From the IMG/VR virus record IMGVR_UViG_3300009529_000008: a DNA stretch of 20,000 bases; one strand, given 5' to 3'. This document shows positions 16,430 to 20,000 of the stretch, in pieces; position 1 is the stretch's first letter; each line of letters starts with the position of its first letter. The stretch comes from an uncultured virus (IMG/VR IMGVR_UViG_3300009529_000008) (lineage: Duplodnaviria; Heunggongvirae; Uroviricota; Caudoviricetes). A model generated the notes under the pieces. It worked only from the letters and a program-made list of their open reading frames with translations. It ran no database searches and had not been told where the DNA came from. The position numbers and the translations under genes are program-made.

Positions 16430-16513
16430 TTAGATTTATAGTTTTTCTATAAATCTAACTTGTATTGTTTATCTTTAGTATAGGTTAGTTTTATAGTTTT
16501 TCTATAAACCTAA
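16430..16513. repeat. Two copies of a 29-bp palindrome (12-5-12), 55 bp apart
   Basis: TTAGATTTATAG-TTTTT-CTATAAATCTAA at 16430-16458 (perfect arms); TTAGTTTTATAG-TTTTT-CTATAAACCTAA at 16485-16513. Confidence 0.9.
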
Positions 16514-17182
16514 AACTATCTTTATATCTGATAGCTTACTCTTACTCAGTGCAAATCTATACAGTTTCTTACCCTTACTGTATCTGAATGTTTTTAACAA
16601 TCCAGTCTTTTCGAGATTATTTAGGTGTGTTCTCATATATTGCTCCTTAATACCTATTATCTGTGCAATCTCTTTTACTGTTGTACCTTCTTTTTCTATC
16701 AAAGCTTCCATTATATCAACGAAATATTTATCTCTCACACTTTCTCTAACTATTGTTCCTTCTTCTGAGATTGAAGTATGTTTTTTTGGGAAGAACCATT
16801 TTTTTATATCTCTCTCAATTTGTATTGCTCCTGATATTGTAATAGTTGGGTTATAGTCTTCACTGAACCAAAAATTCATTAATCTCTCTCCAGTTGTTCT
16901 ATCGAAGGGATAATATATTTTTAATATATCTTCACTCTCTCTGCATTGTATTATAGTTTTACTTTTTTCACTTATATTATCCCAGTGATCTCTTTTAAGT
17001 TTTCTTTCTTTAAAGGGATTAGTTTTTCTTTTAGGATTATTATTTTTATCTACGAAAGTATCCATCTCAGGAAGTGGTTCATCATGTAATACTGTGACAG
17101 ACGCTTTGACACCATCTACTTTTATTTTACTTATTAAGTTCCATTTTCTTAATTCGTCTATATTAATCTTTTCGTTGCCCAT
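16502..17182 (-). CDS. Protein with C-terminal winged-helix domain; candidate replication initiator or regulator
   Basis: IMEAL...TTVKEIAQIIGIKEQYMRTHLNNLEKTGLLKT....GKKLYR is an ArsR/MarR-type wHTH pattern; N-terminal ~150 aa not recognised. Confidence 0.7.
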   Translation of the reverse strand: MGNEKINIDELRKWNLISKIKVDGVKASVTVLHDEPLPEMDTFVDKNNNPKRKTNPFKERKLKRDHWDNISEKSKTIIQCRESEDILKIYYPFDRTTGERLMNFWFSEDYNPTITISGAIQIERDIKKWFFPKKHTSISEEGTIVRESVRDKYFVDIMEALIEKEGTTVKEIAQIIGIKEQYMRTHLNNLEKTGLLKTFRYSKGKKLYRFALSKSKLSDIKIVLGL

Positions 17183-17333
17183 TTTTCATTTCTTCTCTTT
17201 TATGTTCAATTTCTTCCATTATCAGATTTGTTACCCATGTATCAATGTTTGGTAACAAATCTACTTCTTTCAGGTCATCAAATACTTTTCGAGGCATTGT
17301 AATAAATAGTCTCTTTATGCTTTTATTATACAT
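17163..17333 (-). CDS. Small RHH-like protein
   Basis: MYNKSIKRLFITMPRKVFDDLK...IDTWVTNLIMEEI; AGGAGA SD favours an ATG near 17333; TATA-like TTTATATAG at ~17424-17432. Confidence 0.55.
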   Translation of the reverse strand: MYNKSIKRLFITMPRKVFDDLKEVDLLPNIDTWVTNLIMEEIEHKREEMKNGQRKD

Positions 17334-17570
17334 TTCATTTCGTCTCTCCTTTTTCTGGGCGTTGTTTTTATTCCCGCACCGAATCACTTACTTGTAGCTA
17401 CTGATAATATGTTTAATTTTATTCTATATAAATAAGTTGGAATATTGTTAGAATTTCTAATACACAACAAAACAAAAATAAGTATCCTATATATCCTTAC
17501 AAAAAATACATATTTTTGCAGTGTCTCTTAAAGTTAGTTTCGCTTATTGAAAGAATATTTGAACTGAACG

Positions 17571-17587
17571 AAACTTATTTATACCCC
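17571..17587 (+). promoter_or_regulatory. BRE-TATA promoter upstream of the structured non-coding region
   Basis: GAAACTTATTTATACCC; expected start site ~17608-17612; no credible + strand ORF until 18319. Confidence 0.55.
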
Positions 17588-17609
17588 TCAAAACAATGCC
17601 TACTATAAT

Positions 17610-18297
17610 GAGGATGGGTGGGGGAAACACTTTATCTGACCTATAAACGGGGCATATAAAATATGCTTATACGGATTTTCTCTGAGACCTAAATAGGTAT
17701 CTCATACGGAGAAACTTCCAAAAGAGTATTTATGCTTATGGTTGCGGATGCCTTTCTCGCCGCGCTCTACACAGAGCTGCACAAAAGGAGAAGGACTGAC
17801 ACGAAAAGTGTTCGTAGAAACAAAAAAACAAATAATGAACCCGAATAAGGGGGATATGTTTTTTGGAGAAGCATGGCTCTAAATGAGCTCATTTTAGTAA
17901 TTAATCTATTATCTGTGTATTTTGCAAACGTAAACTTCGCGTTAAGGAAAACAATTAAACTGAAAAACAAAGGAATTTGAGCTCAGGAGAAACCATGCTT
18001 CTTCATAATGTTTTTTAAAGTTTGTGGACTGCATAAAGAAGACAGGAAGAAAGATGTGCACAAATAAATGGATTATGATAGGATTGTATTTGATTAATTG
18101 ACTTCTTCCTGCTTTCGTGCATAAGTTCATAAGTTTTTAAATTCCAAGTAAGTGCGTAAATTCGCAAACCTCACTATCCTCACGTGTGATTTGTGGAGCG
18201 TTAAGCTTGTTTGGATATATTTTGGGAGACTTGGTGAAGAGCAAAGACGAATGTGAGTGGGTTCAATTCCCACTTCTCCTTTGCAGGTACAATCTGC
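17610..18297 (+). ncRNA. Candidate large structured ncRNA (~690 nt) with tRNA-like 3' domain
   Basis: Near-continuous nested helices with many G-U pairs, e.g. 17867-17876/17993-18002, 17884-17891/17978-17985, 18043-18051/18103-18111, 18143-18153/18205-18215; T-arm GTGGG-TTCAATT-CCCAC at 18257-18273. Confidence 0.65.
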
Positions 18298-18318
18298 TAA
18301 TAGGATAAGTGAGGACGA

Positions 18319-18762
18319 ATGGAATTAGAAGAGATGAATCGGGTATTAGAGGAGGTGTGGAAAAATCCTTCTCTAAGTGATGTCGAAAAAGAACTAGAGG
18401 AACAGCCTAAACAGAGGAAGAAAAGATTTTTCTTTCTTGGTGAGCGAAAAGTGATACCAGAAAATCCAGTAATATTTGAGAACGGAATATTTTTTGTAGA
18501 GCGAGCTTCTGAGTTTATGGTAATAAAACCAAAAACCGTGAAGGAGTATTTACAAATGGTTAGAGGAACAAAACGAATGACAAAGGTTGAGAAGGTAGCT
18601 AAAGAGATATTGATACCATTATCTCAAACCAATGAAAATCCAATAAGGTGGTTTGAGCAGAAGTATGTAGAATCAAATGGGGAGCGAAATATGCAAGGAC
18701 GATTTATTCGAGAGATATGGAAATACAAAAAGGAGGTATTTGGTGGGGCGATGTTAGGATGA
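18319..18762 (+). CDS. Hypothetical protein
   Basis: 147-aa ORF with GTGAGGA SD. Confidence 0.7.
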   Translation: MELEEMNRVLEEVWKNPSLSDVEKELEEQPKQRKKRFFFLGERKVIPENPVIFENGIFFVERASEFMVIKPKTVKEYLQMVRGTKRMTKVEKVAKEILIPLSQTNENPIRWFEQKYVESNGERNMQGRFIREIWKYKKEVFGGAMLG

Positions 18763-18855
18763 TAAGTAACTATTCAGAATATTGGTATTGTGAAGGTTTG
18801 TCGTACCCGGAAATTGTTGAGAGGATAAATAGAGGAAAGGAGGCGAATAAATAAG

Positions 18856-18996
18856 ATGTGTTCGTGTAAGAATCCAAAATTCTCAGGGAATATGTGTTAT
18901 GGAACATGGTCAGGAAGAGGGTGTGAATCTGTCCATAAAGACGGATTAAATTGGATAGATAATGAAACTACGAAAATTCTTTGGAGAGGTGAGTGA
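18856..18996 (+). CDS. Small Cys-rich (possible Zn-binding) protein, 46 aa
   Basis: MCSCKNPKFSGNMCYGTWSGRGCESVH...; GGAGG upstream; ends 3 nt before the next ATG. Confidence 0.5.
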   Translation: MCSCKNPKFSGNMCYGTWSGRGCESVHKDGLNWIDNETTKILWRGE

Positions 18997-18999
18997 GTA

Positions 19000-19293
19000 A
19001 TGATAAATAACAATGGTTCAATGAAAGACCTAAAAATCTTTGTTCAGAGAAATGGTGTCCAAAAACGAATCAGTACATGGAAATTCTTCCAGAATTTAGG
19101 TTTCGCTTTCTGGATGAATGGTTCAGACAAAAAAGAATTTGAGTATAAGCAAGCAATGCAAATATGCAAGCGAGTTTTTAACGTAGCAAAAACTGACCAG
19201 AGTATCCAGCTTAGAGGTACGATGATTGATGAATTGGAGAAAGAAGATAAAGTTGCGAAACTATTCCAAGGGGAGAAGATAGTTTTGGGGTGA
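19000..19293 (+). CDS. Hypothetical protein
   Basis: 97-aa ORF with GAGGTGA SD. Confidence 0.7.
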   Translation: MINNNGSMKDLKIFVQRNGVQKRISTWKFFQNLGFAFWMNGSDKKEFEYKQAMQICKRVFNVAKTDQSIQLRGTMIDELEKEDKVAKLFQGEKIVLG

Positions 19294-19299
19294 GTGGAA

Positions 19300-19497
19300 A
19301 TGAAACAAATATTAGAAATAAACTTAACCGGAGCAGATGGCAATATATTTGCTATCGTTGGTAGAGCAGCAGAACTTCTCAAACAAAATGGTAAGAGAGA
19401 TGAAGCAAATGAGATGAAAAATAGAGTGATTAAACAAAAGAGTTATGAGGATGCTCTGAAAGTAGTTAGTGAGTATGTAGAGATAAGAGAGATATAG
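19300..19497 (+). CDS. Small conserved phage/MGE hypothetical protein (G.DGN.F family)
   Basis: LTGADGNIFAIVGRA...LK..G...A......SYEDAL pattern, which I recognise from phage proteins; GGGGTGA SD favours ATG 19300. Confidence 0.7.
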   Translation: MKQILEINLTGADGNIFAIVGRAAELLKQNGKRDEANEMKNRVIKQKSYEDALKVVSEYVEIREI

Positions 19498-19785
19498 GAG
19501 GGGATAATATGCCACACAAAGGATGGTTTTATAAAGTAGATGGATTAACAGAAGAATTAAAAAAGTGGAATTGATAAGAGAGTAAAAGCAATGGAGTATA
19601 TGTAAATACTAATAAGCGAGGCAGGATGATAGAATGACCAAAAAAAAAAAAAAAAAAAATCATGCTGGTAAAGACAAACAAAAAGAGAAAGAATGTTCAT
19701 GAAGCACATAAGACAAACAAAAAGAAAAAGATATTATTGAAACCAATAGATTATAGTAAAAGAGTCACAAGATGGGGTTAATTTG

Positions 19786-20000
19786 ATGAATAAAAAAGCT
19801 TTTATTAATCCGATTGGGATAATTCTTGCGTATTTATTATTTTTAGCTCTGTTTTTTTTAAAGTTTGGGGAGATATTAAATAATTTAGCACAGCAAGGAA
19901 TAGCATTAAACGGATTGGTAGGGATTGAAGCTTTTTTATTATCTAATATTAACTTATGGGTTTTTTTGTTTAGTCTTATAACAGTAATTGCAGGGGTTTA
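19786..20000 (+). CDS. Two-TM hydrophobic protein with class III-like leader (MNKKA|F); 3'-truncated
   Basis: MNKKAFINPIGIILAYLLFLALFFLKF...EAFLLSNINLWVFLFSLITVIAGV, open to the window end; GGGGT SD-like sequence upstream. Confidence 0.6.
   Translation, partial: MNKKAFINPIGIILAYLLFLALFFLKFGEILNNLAQQGIALNGLVGIEAFLLSNINLWVFLFSLITVIAGV

Noticed and set aside
16284..16513. CRISPR or mini-CRISPR array
   Set aside because: Only two imperfect 29-bp copies with a 26-nt AT-rich gap, one overlapping a stop codon; no leader or cas genes. Protein-binding palindromes fit better.
17767..18130. ORFs 17767..17970 and 17942..18130 on the - strand
   Set aside because: Short, no SD, no recognisable motif, and antisense to the structured, promoter-preceded + strand region.
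18224..18290. Canonical tRNA gene
   Set aside because: It is too short, with no anticodon stem-loop or proper D stem; kept only as a tRNA-like domain.
19634..19730. A20 run, Lys-rich micro-ORF and AAGACAAACAAAAAGA x2
   Set aside because: Homopolymer length is unreliable and could be an assembly artefact; there are no target-site duplications or RT to suggest retroposition.

Overview
This AT-rich window looks like part of an archaeal virus or provirus. It has archaeal BRE-TATA promoters, GGAGG(TGA) ribosome-binding sites, many N-glycosylation sequons and no housekeeping genes. A spindle-shaped (two-helix capsid) virus of a euryarchaeon is my inference. From left to right: (1) a + strand surface-protein block (LamG adhesin, a paralogous secreted beta-protein, membrane-anchored proteins); (2) a - strand morphogenesis block with DUF192, three two-helix hydrophobic capsid/pilin-like proteins (two with class III-like K[KR]G|Q leaders and an identical 89-bp repeat) and an A24 prepilin peptidase; (3) a 1,493-bp non-autonomous IscB/omegaRNA element with a frameshifted iscB, whose empty site can be reconstructed exactly; (4) a serine recombinase, a P-loop ATPase, a transglutaminase-like protein and membrane proteins; (5) a divergent + strand block with an SF2 helicase, a PD-(D/E)XK nuclease and a C5 methyltransferase; (6) a palindrome-rich candidate origin next to a wHTH gene; (7) an ~690-nt promoter-driven, densely base-paired non-coding region ending in a tRNA-like T-arm domain; (8) small ORFs. 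The two most interesting signals are the candidate large structured ncRNA and the element-encoded prepilin peptidase next to capsid-like proteins with pilin-type leaders. All family calls come from motif recognition by eye; no searches were run.
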